Source of the DNA: an uncultured Thermomicrobia bacterium
Lineage (GTDB): Bacteria; Chloroflexota; Chloroflexia; Thermomicrobiales; JALYUS01
Length of the DNA stretch: 64,000 nucleotides
Assembly: GCA_937968015.1 (NCBI GenBank)
Contig: CALBSO010000109.1
Location: 82,115-146,114 of the forward strand
Reading direction: 5' to 3'
Under the pieces are notes generated by a model. That model was not told the origin of the DNA. It ran no database searches and was given only the letters and a program-made list of their open reading frames with translations. Positions 1-9,150 of this stretch are shown here, one piece after another (within the stretch, counting starts at the first letter, position 1; every line of letters begins with the position of its first letter). A program made the translations under genes and the position numbers.

Positions 1-1
1 G

Positions 2-1219
2 CTCGACGAGGAACCGGGCAAGATGATTCATCAGGCACGCTGGGGGCCCCGCTCTCTCCTTGGTTTCGATCCCTTCATCCGCTATTATGGGGATTACGCG
101 ACGCCCCCGGACTTCCTCCTCATGCTCAGCCAATACCTCGCCTGGATGGATGACCGTGAGACCGTGCGCGCACTCTTACCCGCCGCCCGCAAGGCAGTGA
201 CGTGGCTGGAACGGTACGGCGACATGGATGGTGACGGCTTCCTGGAATACGTTACCCGCTCCGAGAAAGGCGTCAAGAACCAGGGATGGAAGGATTCGGA
301 CGAGGCGATCATTGACGAGCACGGCACGATCATCGAGAACCCGATCGTTGCCAGCGAACTGCAGGCGTACTGGTATGCGGCGCTGCAACTGGTCGCCGTC
401 CCCTTTTTCCTCGCGGGCGACCGCGCCTACGCGCTGGAACTCCTGAGCAAGGCTCGCGCGCTCCGGCATCGCTTTGACCAAGCATTCTGGATGGAAGAAG
501 AAGGATGCTACGCGCTTGCGCTCGGGCCGAACAAGGAGCAGATCCGCTCCATCGCCTCGAATGCCGGGCATCTCCTTGCCGCCGGCATCGTCCCGCGCGA
601 CAAGGGCATCCAGGTCGCAAGGCGGCTCATGCAGCCCGACATGTTCAGCGGCTGGGGCATCCGCACGCTCTCCAGCGATCATATTGCCTACAACCCCTTC
701 AGCTACCATCTCGGCAGCGTCTGGCCGGTCGAGAATGGCACAATCGCCCTGGGTTTCGCACGGTACGGGTGCTGGGAGGAACTGCATCGCCTGGCGGAGG
801 GAATTTTTGCCTCGACGGAGCTCTTCGTCGCCAACCGTTTGCCCGAGGCGATCGGCGGGTTGCCCCGGGAAGCGCGCTATCCGCACCCCGGCATCTATCC
901 GAAGAGTTGCGAGCCACAGGGATGGTCAGCGAGCATGATCGTCCTGCTCATCCAGTCGCTGCTCGGCATGCGCGCGGTGGCGCCGCTACATTTGCTCCTC
1001 GTTGATCCGCATCTCCCACCCTGGCTTCCTGACCTGCGCATCGAGGGCATCCATGTCGGTCGGGCTATCATCGATCTCGCCTTCTGGCGTGAAAAGAGTG
1101 GCAAGAGCCGCTACCGCGTACTGCGGCACGACGGATCAGTGCGGGTGCTACGGCAACCTGTCCCTCAAGGGCCGGAAGCATCGCTCGGCGGGCGTGCCCG
1201 CGCGCTCGTCGCCTCGTGA
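2..1219 (+). CDS. amylo-alpha-1,6-glucosidase / glycogen-debranching-enzyme C-terminal (GDE_C) family protein, 5' end outside window
   Basis: The frame is open from nt 2 with no upstream stop, so the ATG at 23 is probably internal. Translation (DFLLMLSQYLAWMDD, GDGFLEY, KNQGWKDSDEAI, ELQAYWY, SGWGIRTLS, YNPFSYHLGSVWPVENG) matches the six-hairpin GDE_C pattern I recognise. Confidence 0.8.
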   Translation, partial: LDEEPGKMIHQARWGPRSLLGFDPFIRYYGDYATPPDFLLMLSQYLAWMDDRETVRALLPAARKAVTWLERYGDMDGDGFLEYVTRSEKGVKNQGWKDSDEAIIDEHGTIIENPIVASELQAYWYAALQLVAVPFFLAGDRAYALELLSKARALRHRFDQAFWMEEEGCYALALGPNKEQIRSIASNAGHLLAAGIVPRDKGIQVARRLMQPDMFSGWGIRTLSSDHIAYNPFSYHLGSVWPVENGTIALGFARYGCWEELHRLAEGIFASTELFVANRLPEAIGGLPREARYPHPGIYPKSCEPQGWSASMIVLLIQSLLGMRAVAPLHLLLVDPHLPPWLPDLRIEGIHVGRAIIDLAFWREKSGKSRYRVLRHDGSVRVLRQPVPQGPEASLGGRARALVAS

Positions 1220-1365
1220 AGAAGCGCCGTGCCCGCCCGTACGCGCGAGGCGCGGGGGATTCTTCGGACTTATGCGTAATTTGTAACTCTCGCGCGTGCA
1301 TCGTCGTATACTACTATCATGAGGAGGCATGCTCCTCTATGGTGCTTCGGAGAGGGTCGTAAATC

Positions 1366-1614
1366 ATGCTGCGTGCGATTTCCGGCGTTCGGCTGGTCGT
1401 TTTTCTCATTGTTGCGGCAGTGCTTGCCTTCCTGATCGCGAAGGTGCTTGCCTTTGCCTTGCATCTCTTCTGGGTGCTCACGGGGTACGTCTTCGCGTTT
1501 GTGATCGCGGTCGTGCTACTCGGCTGGCTCTGGGGACGGTTCACGAAGCCGAGTCACCGTACGCAAGACCGCTATGATGAGGAGCGCGACGAGTACGGGC
1601 GGCGGCGATATTAG
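1366..1614 (+). CDS. small membrane protein (two predicted TM helices), function unknown
   Basis: 82-aa ORF with two long hydrophobic stretches (VVFLIVAAVLAFLIAKVLAF, GYVFAFVIAVVLLGWLW) and a charged tail. GGAGAGGG lies about 8 nt upstream of the ATG. A hairpin follows at 1674-1700. Confidence 0.45.
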   Translation: MLRAISGVRLVVFLIVAAVLAFLIAKVLAFALHLFWVLTGYVFAFVIAVVLLGWLWGRFTKPSHRTQDRYDEERDEYGRRRY

Positions 1615-1673
1615 GACGTGAGTATCGCGGGTCAGGTTGAAAACCTATGCCACCGTGAAACTGAGCGCAACAA

Positions 1674-1700
1674 AGAGGGGCGGCAGATCGCCGTCCCTCT
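1674..1700. terminator. hairpin between convergent small ORF and rpmB
   Basis: AGAGGGGCGGC-AGAT-CGCCGTCCCTCT, a GC-rich stem with one bulge. No clear U-tract on either side. Confidence 0.5.
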
Positions 1701-1725
1701 GTCGTTACCTTGTGGATAGGCGCGA

Positions 1726-1926
1726 TTACTTGCCCTTTGCCGCCATCCGGCCCGTTTTGGTGAGCGTGCGAAGGGCACGCGCGGAAATCTGGATGCGCAC
1801 CATCTTGCCATCAATCATCACGCGCTTCTTTTGCACATTCGGCAGCCAGTACCGGTTCGTACGGTTCTTGGCGTGCGACACGTTGTGCCCGAAGGAGCGC
1901 TGCCTACCAGTGATCTCACACTTCAT
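1726..1926 (-). CDS. rpmB: 50S ribosomal protein L28 (bL28)
   Basis: 66-aa basic protein MKCEITGRQRSFGHNVSHAKNRTNRYWLPNVQKKRV. The G.NVSH..N.T.R...PN.Q core is diagnostic of bL28. Confidence 0.95.
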   Translation of the reverse strand: MKCEITGRQRSFGHNVSHAKNRTNRYWLPNVQKKRVMIDGKMVRIQISARALRTLTKTGRMAAKGK

Positions 1927-2097
1927 TGCGTTTCATTCCTTTGCCAGTCGCCGCGCCCTCCGCTACAATGGCGGCGCGGGCCCTTTGCTGCATCTTCGGC
2001 GTCGTTTCGTACCGTGCTCGGACGGCACCGTTCGATGCCGCAGACTGCGTATGCTACCATCCCGTCCGCATGGATGCAAGCGAGGACAGACAGCCCA

Positions 2098-2505
2098 ATG
2101 ACGACAGTGCTGGAGGAGCCAACAGAGATGCGGACCGCCACACCGGGGAAGGCGGTCGTTTCGGCGCGAGCAATCGGGTCCGTCGCCTATCAGGCAACGC
2201 TTGGCTGTTACGGGATTGTCGAACTCGTACCGCAGGATTTGCGGAGCCGTGTCGGCCGCCGCTTCGGTCATCCATCACCGCCGGACGCGCGGGATGGCAT
2301 CGCGGTGCAAATGGATGGGGACCGCGTGACGATCACCCTCCATGTCGTCATGGAATACGGGTTGCCGATCGCGGCGGTCGCGCACAACGCCATCCGGACA
2401 GTCTATTTCGCTGTCGAGCGGGCATTCGCGTTCCGGCCCGCCGCGGTCAATGTCCATGTCCACGGACTGCGGTTCAGCGACGGTCGGGGAGAACGAGCAG
2501 TATGA
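2098..2505 (+). CDS. Asp23/Gls24 (alkaline shock protein) family protein, YloU-like
   Basis: GKAVVSARAIGSVAYQATLGCYGIVEL...VTITLHVVMEYGLPIAAVAHNAIRTV is the Asp23 pattern. The track start at 1831 adds an Arg/Pro-rich non-coding-looking leader, so ATG 2098 is preferred. The stop overlaps the next start (ATGA at 2502-2505). It sits divergent from rpmB, as yloU does in Bacillus. Confidence 0.8.
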   Translation: MTTVLEEPTEMRTATPGKAVVSARAIGSVAYQATLGCYGIVELVPQDLRSRVGRRFGHPSPPDARDGIAVQMDGDRVTITLHVVMEYGLPIAAVAHNAIRTVYFAVERAFAFRPAAVNVHVHGLRFSDGRGERAV

Positions 2506-4232
2506 GCGCGGCAACGCGTCGTGGAGTAAGCGTGACGCGACAGGGCGGGACGGAGAGACCGGGGGGCGAAGCGCCGACTTGGGCGGTCGTGGACGGCGTC
2601 GGCCTGCTGCGGGCATTGCGCGCCGGGACGGGCTGGCTCGAACGCAATGTCGCGGGTGTCAACGCGCTCAATGTCTTCCCGGTGCCGGATGGTGATACCG
2701 GCACGAACATGTTCCTGACGATGAAGTCCGCCTACGCCGCCGCAGCCGAAGGGGGCGAGGGCGAAGAGCGATCTGTCAGTGATGTGGCAAGCCGCGCTGC
2801 CTATGGCGCCTTGATGGGCGCGCGTGGCAACAGCGGTGTGATCCTCTCGCAGATTTTCCGTGGCCTGGCGAAGGCGCTCGATGGGCACGTAACGCTGGAT
2901 GGCGCGCTGCTCGCCGCCGCGCTCACCGAGGCGTCCGCGATGGCCTACAAAGCGGTGATGAAGCCGGTCGAGGGCACGCTCCTGACTGTCTCGCGCGGCG
3001 CGGCGGAAGCTGCCGAGACTGCCGCGAAGGCTGGAGGCGATGTGCAGATCGTGCTGGACGGCGCGCTGGCAGGCGCTCGCGCGACGCTGGCGAAGACGCC
3101 GGAGATGCTGCCACTCCTGCGCGAGGCGGGTGTTGTGGATGCCGGCGGGCAGGGATACGTCGTTGTCCTCGAAGGGATGCGCCTCCATCTTGCGGGTCGG
3201 AGCGTCGAGGCGGAGGAGTTGTCGGCGATCGCATCAAGTGGCGCGGGGATGGCTTTCGATGTCGTCGGGATGCAGGAAAAGCACGGCGCGGACGACTACG
3301 GCTACTGCACAAACTACCTGCTCGCCGCCGCGCCCGGCACGGTGCTCGATTTCGCGCTGATCCGCGAGACAATGGCCGCGATGGGGCATAGTGCGGTGAT
3401 CGTTGGCGACGAGCAGTATGTCAAGGCACATATCCACACGACCGATCCGGGCGCGCTCCTTTCGTATGCCGTGCGGTTCGGCTCGCTGACGCAGATCAAG
3501 ATAGACAACATGGATATGCAAGTCGAGCACCTCGAAGGATCGGCGCCGCCTGATGTGGCCCCTGCGGAACCGATGGGGCACATTTCGGTCGTGGCAGTTG
3601 CGGCAGGCGAGGGGTTGTCCGCCGTGCTTCGTGGCCTCGGCGCGGCGAAAATCGTCCGGGGCGGGCAGACGATGAACCCCTCCACACAGGAATTGCTCGA
3701 CGCGATCAACCATGCGCCGACGGACGCGGTGATCCTTTTGCCGAACAATGGCAACGTCGTCCTCACCGCGCGGCAGGCGGCGGAGATGGCCTCCAAGCAG
3801 GTGCGCGTCGTACCCACGAAGTCTATTCCGCAAGGAATCGCCGCGCTGTCCGCCTTCACGTTCACCGCCGATCTCGACACGAACGCTGAGGATATGACGG
3901 CAGTGGCGAGTGGCGTGCGCACCGGCGAGGTGACACGCGCCGTCCGCGACGCGACGATCGGCGGTGTCGCGGTCAAGGCGGGGGCAGTGATCGGCTTACT
4001 CGATGATGTCCTGACCGTCTCCGGCGACGACAGTGCAACCGTCGCGCTCGATCTCCTCCAGCGCATGGACGCCGAACACGCCGAACTCGTCACGCTCTAC
4101 ACCGGCGCGAGCGTCGCCGACGCGGCGGCGGAGTCCTTGAGCGCGCGCATCGGGGAGCGCTACCCAACTCTCGCGGTTGAAACGGTCCGGGGCGGGCAGC
4201 CACACTACGATTTCATTGTGTCGGTGGAATAA
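2502..4232 (+). CDS. fakA: DAK2-domain fusion protein YloV family = fatty acid kinase catalytic subunit FakA
   Basis: LNVFPVPDGDTGTNM, GARGNSGVILSQ and the C-terminal YloV-type domain are present. The 768-aa track ORF (1926..4232) runs through the Asp23 gene in another frame; the true start is the ATG at 2502, coupled by ATGA. A DegV (FakB) gene follows directly. Confidence 0.88.
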   Translation: MSAATRRGVSVTRQGGTERPGGEAPTWAVVDGVGLLRALRAGTGWLERNVAGVNALNVFPVPDGDTGTNMFLTMKSAYAAAAEGGEGEERSVSDVASRAAYGALMGARGNSGVILSQIFRGLAKALDGHVTLDGALLAAALTEASAMAYKAVMKPVEGTLLTVSRGAAEAAETAAKAGGDVQIVLDGALAGARATLAKTPEMLPLLREAGVVDAGGQGYVVVLEGMRLHLAGRSVEAEELSAIASSGAGMAFDVVGMQEKHGADDYGYCTNYLLAAAPGTVLDFALIRETMAAMGHSAVIVGDEQYVKAHIHTTDPGALLSYAVRFGSLTQIKIDNMDMQVEHLEGSAPPDVAPAEPMGHISVVAVAAGEGLSAVLRGLGAAKIVRGGQTMNPSTQELLDAINHAPTDAVILLPNNGNVVLTARQAAEMASKQVRVVPTKSIPQGIAALSAFTFTADLDTNAEDMTAVASGVRTGEVTRAVRDATIGGVAVKAGAVIGLLDDVLTVSGDDSATVALDLLQRMDAEHAELVTLYTGASVADAAAESLSARIGERYPTLAVETVRGGQPHYDFIVSVE

Positions 4233-4289
4233 GCAACGAGCAATGAGCAATGAGCAATGAGTGCAGCTACTTACCTCGTTGTCGTTGCT
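4232..4289. repeat. tandem heptamers AGCAAYG x4 (4232-4261) plus inverted copy (4275-4289)
   Basis: Read directly: taAGCAACGAGCAATGAGCAATGAGCAATGAG ... CTCGTTGTCGTTGCT. The array starts inside the fakA stop codon. Confidence 0.9.
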
Positions 4290-4301
4290 GAGGAGGACGG
4301 A

Positions 4302-5162
4302 ATGGCGGAGCCTGGACGGGTACGGATCGTCACGGACAGCACATCGGACATTTTGCCGGAGTGGCGAGAGCGGTACGGGATCGAGACCGTGCCGCTGACG
4401 GTGCAGTTCGGTACGGACGTCTACCAGGACAATATTGACCTCACGCCAGAGGAATTTTACGCGAAGCAGGAGGCGGGGCCATTCCCGACGACCGCACAGC
4501 CGCCCGTCGGCGCCTTCGAGGAGGCATTTCGCCGGATGCAGGCCGAGGGCGCGTCCGGCGTCTGCGCGGTGATTTTCTCCTCGAAACTGAGCGGCACATA
4601 TAACTCAGCGGCGCTCGCGGCGAAGAATTTGGAAGGTGAATTTCCTGTCGAGGTGATTGACACGCTGAGCGCTTCGATGGGCGTCGGCTATCTCGCGCTG
4701 GAGGCTGCCAAACTGGCCGAAACGGGCGCGTCGCTCGATGCGGTGAGCGCGCGGGTGCGGGAACTGATGCCGCATGTGGAAGTGCTCTTCCTCGTCGAGA
4801 CGCTGAAATGGCTCGAACGTGGCGGACGGATCAACAAGGCGAAATCGCTGCTCGGTTCCGTCCTCTCGATCAAACCGCTCTTGCGGTTGCACGAGGGGCA
4901 GTTAGAACCGTTCCAGCAGCCCCGAACGCGCTCGAAAGCGATTGAGGAGATGATTGAGTGGATCAAGGGTTTCCCCGACCCCGCCGGCGTGACCGTCCTC
5001 TATGACGGCACCTCTGCAACGCGCGCCGAAGCCGAGGGAATCGCGGACCGCCTCGGGCCATCCATCCCGCGCGACCGTGTCACGATCGCGCACTATGGCA
5101 CGATCTACGCCGTCCATCTTGGCCCGCGTGGCGCCGGGGCGATCGTTCTGAGGCGGGTATGA
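4302..5162 (+). CDS. DegV family fatty-acid-binding protein (FakB-type)
   Basis: VRIVTDSTSDILPEW...IETVPLTVQFG...YQDNIDLTPEEFY is the DegV N-terminal signature. GAGGAGG lies 5 nt before ATG 4302, whereas track start 4257 lies inside a heptamer repeat hairpin. Confidence 0.88.
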   Translation: MAEPGRVRIVTDSTSDILPEWRERYGIETVPLTVQFGTDVYQDNIDLTPEEFYAKQEAGPFPTTAQPPVGAFEEAFRRMQAEGASGVCAVIFSSKLSGTYNSAALAAKNLEGEFPVEVIDTLSASMGVGYLALEAAKLAETGASLDAVSARVRELMPHVEVLFLVETLKWLERGGRINKAKSLLGSVLSIKPLLRLHEGQLEPFQQPRTRSKAIEEMIEWIKGFPDPAGVTVLYDGTSATRAEAEGIADRLGPSIPRDRVTIAHYGTIYAVHLGPRGAGAIVLRRV

Positions 5163-5348
5163 TGCCTGCCGAGCGGCAAAGAGACCCTGGACAACTCGCC
5201 CACGTCAATGGCGCGATTCGCATATTCCTCATATCGTGATGTCAAGCGAAAATCAAAGCGTAGTACAATGCCGATGGAGGTGGACGCGATCACTCCTTCG
5301 CGTGGTACACTCTGTACGGACAACCCGGACGGACATGAAGGGCCTGCC

Positions 5349-7802
5349 ATGGCTACGACCGCCGAAACAGGCAAGCGAAGCAAACGGGACGAACTGCTCG
5401 CACTGCTGCGTGAGGAGTGGCGGCGCGGGTTCGATAATGGCGTCGTCATGGGGGGAATGCGGGCTTTGCAGGCGGACTACGGCCCATTCGTCCCGCCGGA
5501 GGTCTTCGCCGCGCTCCGCCACTACAGCACGCTTGACGCCGCCGGCCGCAAACAGGCATTGACGCTTGCCGGGAAGATGCTGAGTGCGCCGCCGACAGCA
5601 CCCTCCCCCGCCGTGCGGGAGAGGGGAGCCTTAATGGCGAGCGTTGATCGCATTCCTCGCGCACCGACAACCGATACCGCGCCAAAATCTCCGCCCAAGC
5701 CCAAATCACCACCTGTTGTCAAGCCAATGTCCCTTGGGGACGAAGTGATGTATCTGCGCGGTGTCGGGCCGAAGAACGCGGCGCTGTTCGAGAAGTTGAA
5801 TGTGCGCACCGTCGGTGACGTGCTGTACCTCGTGCCGCGCCGCCACGATGATTACTCGCAACTCCGGCCGCTTTCACACCTGAACTACGGCGATGTCGTG
5901 ACGGTCGTTGGTACCGTGATGCGGATCGCGGAGGTGCCAACTTCGACCGGCAAACCGCGCACGCAGGCGGTTGTGATGGACGAGACCGGCACGATCAACG
6001 TCACCTGGTTCAGCCAATATGTCGCGCGGCAACTCCACCAGGGAGAGCGGGTCGCGCTCTCCGGCACGGTCGAGGAGTTTCGGGGTGTCCTGACCTTCAC
6101 GAACCCGGAGTGGGAACGGATCGAACCGGGCGCCGATCTCGGCAGCCGGATCATGCCCGTCTATCCGCTCACCGACGGCCTTTATCAGAAGACGGTCCGT
6201 GCGGTCGTTCGCACGGCGATTGCCGCGACGGAGGGGCAGATCGCGGATTGGATGCCGGACGCGGTACGGAAGGCGCAGGGATTGATCCCACTCGGTGAGG
6301 CGCTGGCACAGTTCCACTTTCCCGACTCCCTCGAAACGTATCACCAGGCCCGGACGCGGCTGACGTTCGATGAATATTTCCTGATGCAACTCGGGATGGT
6401 GCAGCGCAAACAGACATGGCAGGCGGAGGCGAAGGGCGCGGCGATGCCCGCCGATCCGGCCGTATGTTCGGCATTCCTCGCCTGTCTGCCTTTCACGCTC
6501 ACCGGCGCGCAACAGCGAACGCTCGACACGCTTCTCGCGGAGATGGCGCAGGAAACGGCGATGAGCCGTCTCGTGCAGGGCGATGTCGGTTCCGGCAAGA
6601 CGGTCGTCGCGGCGGCGGCGATGTACGCGGCGGTGCGTAATGGCTATCAGGCCGCGCTGATGGCCCCGACCGAAATCCTCGCCGAGCAACATTTCCGCAC
6701 GCTCAAGCGGCTGTTCGACGCGATGCCCGCCGGGGAACGCCCCTATGTCGAACTGCTGACGGGCAGCACGCGCGTCACGCAGCGCCGCCCGATTCTCGAT
6801 GGCTTGCAGAAGGGCGTCGTCCACATCCTCGTCGGGACGCACGCGCTGATCGAAGACCCGGTCGTCTTCGCCAACCTCGGCTTCGTCGTCGTGGATGAGC
6901 AGCACCGCTTCGGCGTCGGGCAGCGGGCACGGCTGCGCTCGAAGGCGCGGAACATCGCCCCGCACATGCTCGTGATGACCGCGACACCGATCCCGCGCTC
7001 ACTCGCGCTGACGCTACACGGCGATCTCGATGTTTCGACGATTGACGAACTGCCGCCGGGCCGCACGCCCGTCGTGACGAAGGTGATCCGAGGCGACGAG
7101 CGCGAGCGCGCCTATGACACCGTGCGCGACGCGGTCGCGGCGGGCAATCAGGCATTCATCATCTGCCCGCTCGTCGAGGAGTCGGAGACGCTGGAGGCGA
7201 AGTCGGCGGTCGCGGAGCACAAGCGATTGCAGGAGATGGTTTTCCCGGAACTCTCATTGGGGCTTCTGCACGGCAAAATGCCGCCGAAGACGAAAGACCG
7301 GATGATGACCGCCTTCCGCGACGGCGCGTATCACGTTCTGGTCGCGACATCGGTTGTCGAGGTCGGCATTGACGTGCCGAACGCGACGGTGATGCTCGTC
7401 GAGGGCGCGGACCGCTTTGGCCTGAGTCAGTTGCACCAATTCCGCGGGCGTGTCGGACGGGGGAGCGATGCTTCCACCTGTTTGCTGATCGCGGACGATG
7501 TGGGCCGCACGGGGCGGGAGCGACTGATGCTGATGGAATCCACAAACGACGGTTTCGTGCTCGCGCAGGCCGATCTGGAGATGCGTGGCCCTGGCGATCT
7601 GTTTGGTACGGCGCAAAGCGGCTATGATCTGCCGCTCCGCGTCGCGGCGCTCGGTGACACCCGCACGCTCGAACAGGCACGGTTCGCGGCGGAAACGCTC
7701 CTGGCGACGGACCCGCATCTGATGCGGGCGGAGCACGCCGCGCTCCGCGATCGTCTCGACCATTTCTGGTCTCGCTCGGCCGGCGCGGGAGACAAGAGTT
7801 AG
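5349..7802 (+). CDS. recG: ATP-dependent DNA helicase RecG (with about 130-aa N-terminal extension)
   Basis: YLRGVGPKNAALFEKLNVRTVGDVLYLVPRR (wedge-domain lead-in), GDVGSGKT (Walker A), VVDEQHRFG, MTATPIPRS, TSVVEVGIDVPNAT and QLHQFRGRVGRG are all present. The start is uncertain: candidates are 5208, 5268 and 5349, and none has a strong SD. Confidence 0.9.
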   Translation: MATTAETGKRSKRDELLALLREEWRRGFDNGVVMGGMRALQADYGPFVPPEVFAALRHYSTLDAAGRKQALTLAGKMLSAPPTAPSPAVRERGALMASVDRIPRAPTTDTAPKSPPKPKSPPVVKPMSLGDEVMYLRGVGPKNAALFEKLNVRTVGDVLYLVPRRHDDYSQLRPLSHLNYGDVVTVVGTVMRIAEVPTSTGKPRTQAVVMDETGTINVTWFSQYVARQLHQGERVALSGTVEEFRGVLTFTNPEWERIEPGADLGSRIMPVYPLTDGLYQKTVRAVVRTAIAATEGQIADWMPDAVRKAQGLIPLGEALAQFHFPDSLETYHQARTRLTFDEYFLMQLGMVQRKQTWQAEAKGAAMPADPAVCSAFLACLPFTLTGAQQRTLDTLLAEMAQETAMSRLVQGDVGSGKTVVAAAAMYAAVRNGYQAALMAPTEILAEQHFRTLKRLFDAMPAGERPYVELLTGSTRVTQRRPILDGLQKGVVHILVGTHALIEDPVVFANLGFVVVDEQHRFGVGQRARLRSKARNIAPHMLVMTATPIPRSLALTLHGDLDVSTIDELPPGRTPVVTKVIRGDERERAYDTVRDAVAAGNQAFIICPLVEESETLEAKSAVAEHKRLQEMVFPELSLGLLHGKMPPKTKDRMMTAFRDGAYHVLVATSVVEVGIDVPNATVMLVEGADRFGLSQLHQFRGRVGRGSDASTCLLIADDVGRTGRERLMLMESTNDGFVLAQADLEMRGPGDLFGTAQSGYDLPLRVAALGDTRTLEQARFAAETLLATDPHLMRAEHAALRDRLDHFWSRSAGAGDKS

Positions 7803-7836
7803 GACTGAGGACTGAGGACTGAGGACTGAGGGGCTG
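7801..7836. repeat. tandem heptamers AGGACTG x4 plus a degenerate fifth unit
   Basis: tAGGACTGAGGACTGAGGACTGAGGACTGAGGGGCTG. The recG TAG stop is part of the first unit. Confidence 0.92.
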
Positions 7837-7920
7837 CTACCGAGTTGGGCTATTGATGGTAAGGAACCGTTTCAAGGATTCAACCGAAGAAGGAAGTGAT
7901 CGCATGGTACCGGAGCACGG

Positions 7921-7967
7921 CTCAGTCCTCATGCCGCCCAAAGGGCACCCGCAGTCCTCAGTCCTCC
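7921..7967. repeat. three inverted AGGACTG units (CAGTCCT) facing the array at 7801
   Basis: CTCAGTCCTC at 7921-7930 and GCAGTCCTCAGTCCTCC at 7951-7967. The last unit ends 8 nt before the rsmD ATG. Confidence 0.85.
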
Positions 7968-7974
7968 CCCCGCG

Positions 7975-8592
7975 ATGCGCGTGATCGCGGGCGAGGCGAA
8001 GGGGCACCGGCTGAAAGCGCCGAAGGGCATGCTGACGCGCCCGATGGCGGACAAGATCAAGGGGGCGGTCTTTTCGATGCTCGCGTCGCTGGGAATTGCG
8101 TCGAATCGGGTACTCGACCTCTACGCCGGGAGCGGCGCGGTGGGGATCGAGTTCCTGTCGCGCGGCGCGACATGGCTTGATGCGGTGGAGCAGCGCCCGG
8201 ATGCGGTCGCGGTGATTGCCGAGAATCTCGCGCACACGAAGTTCACGGCGCGCGCGCAGGTACACCGGACGACGGTGCAGGCGTTCCTCGCTCGGCCCGC
8301 GATCGGGCCGTACGACACGGTGATGATGGATCCGCCCTATGCCGATCCGGGCATCGCCGCGACGATGGACCTCGTCGCATCGCGCGCGCCGGATCGGGGG
8401 ATTCTGCCCGGTGCGACGCTCGTTATTGGCCACTCGCCACGGGTGACATTGCCCGCCCAGGTGCGGAGTTTCGGTCTGCTGCGGAAGCGCTGCCACGGCG
8501 ATTCCTGCTTCTCCATTTATCAGGAGGGACATATCACAGAACCGGAGGGCGTACCGGACGTTTCTCTAGAAGAGAAGGGTGGTGTGTCGTGA
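7975..8592 (+). CDS. rsmD: 16S rRNA (guanine966-N2)-methyltransferase RsmD
   Basis: MRVIAGEAKGHRLKAP...TRPMADKIKGAVFSML, DLYAGSGAVGIEFLSRGA and the MDPPY motif are present. It is followed by coaD, as in many Terrabacteria. Confidence 0.9.
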   Translation: MRVIAGEAKGHRLKAPKGMLTRPMADKIKGAVFSMLASLGIASNRVLDLYAGSGAVGIEFLSRGATWLDAVEQRPDAVAVIAENLAHTKFTARAQVHRTTVQAFLARPAIGPYDTVMMDPPYADPGIAATMDLVASRAPDRGILPGATLVIGHSPRVTLPAQVRSFGLLRKRCHGDSCFSIYQEGHITEPEGVPDVSLEEKGGVS

Positions 8593-9083
8593 CGGTCGCG
8601 ATCTTCCCGGGGACCTTCGATCCGATCACCAATGGGCATGTGGATGTGGCAACGCGGGCGGCCGGGCTGTTCGAGCGCGTCATCATCGCCGTCTATGACA
8701 GTGGCGGCCGGGCGCGCAAACAGTCGCTCTTCACTGCGGACGAACGGGTGCAACTGGTGGCGGACGCGCTGGCAAATGTGGCCAATATTGCTGTTGACAG
8801 GTTCGACGGGCTGCTCGTAGACTACGCGCACCGCGTGGGGGCGCAAGCGATTGTCCGTGGCCTGCGGGCCGTCTCGGACTTCGAGTATGAACTCGGCATG
8901 GCGCATGTCAATTATACGCTGAACCCCACGATTGAGACGGTCTGCCTCATGACGAGTTCGGATCATTCATTCATTCACGCAAATCTCATTCGGGACGTCG
9001 CGCTTCTGGGCGGCGACGTGAGTGGGCTTGTGCCGCCGCATGTGAGTCGCGCGCTTCGGGAGAAAGTGGCGACGCTCCGGTAA
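8589..9083 (+). CDS. coaD: phosphopantetheine adenylyltransferase
   Basis: AIFPGTFDPITNGHVDV (T/HxGH nucleotidyltransferase motif) and a length of 164 aa. The GTG start overlaps the rsmD stop (GTGA). Confidence 0.95.
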   Translation: MTVAIFPGTFDPITNGHVDVATRAAGLFERVIIAVYDSGGRARKQSLFTADERVQLVADALANVANIAVDRFDGLLVDYAHRVGAQAIVRGLRAVSDFEYELGMAHVNYTLNPTIETVCLMTSSDHSFIHANLIRDVALLGGDVSGLVPPHVSRALREKVATLR

Positions 9084-9150
9084 AACGGGCATGTGGCGTG
9101 TAGGGAGCACGGGGCTTTGAACGCGAGAGAACACTAGAGGGGGCGGAGTA

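Noticed and set aside
176-886. Long antisense or alternative-frame ORFs throughout the track. Examples: 176..886-, 2403..3188-, 5874..6965-, 9870..10676-, 10991..12010-, 22309..23295-, 32255..33613-, 36784..37653-, 43003..44013-, 54470..55609-, 57778..59427+ and 62025..62768+.
   Set aside because: Their translations are Arg/Pro/Ala/Gly-rich low-complexity text with no recognisable motifs. Each lies opposite, or out of frame with, a gene that has clear family signatures. This is the usual shadow-ORF artefact of GC-rich DNA.
1926-4232. 768-aa ORF taken at face value as one protein.
   Set aside because: The first 192 codons overlap the Asp23 gene in another frame and read as Arg-rich nonsense. 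The recognisable DAK2/YloV sequence starts at the ATG at 2502, which is ATGA-coupled to the Asp23 stop.
4232-4261. Whether the short tandem repeats here (and at 7801, 15382 and 23717) could be a CRISPR array or a mini-satellite inside a gene.
   Set aside because: The units are 7 nt with no spacers, no cas genes are present, and the arrays are intergenic. They are reported as heptamer repeats instead.
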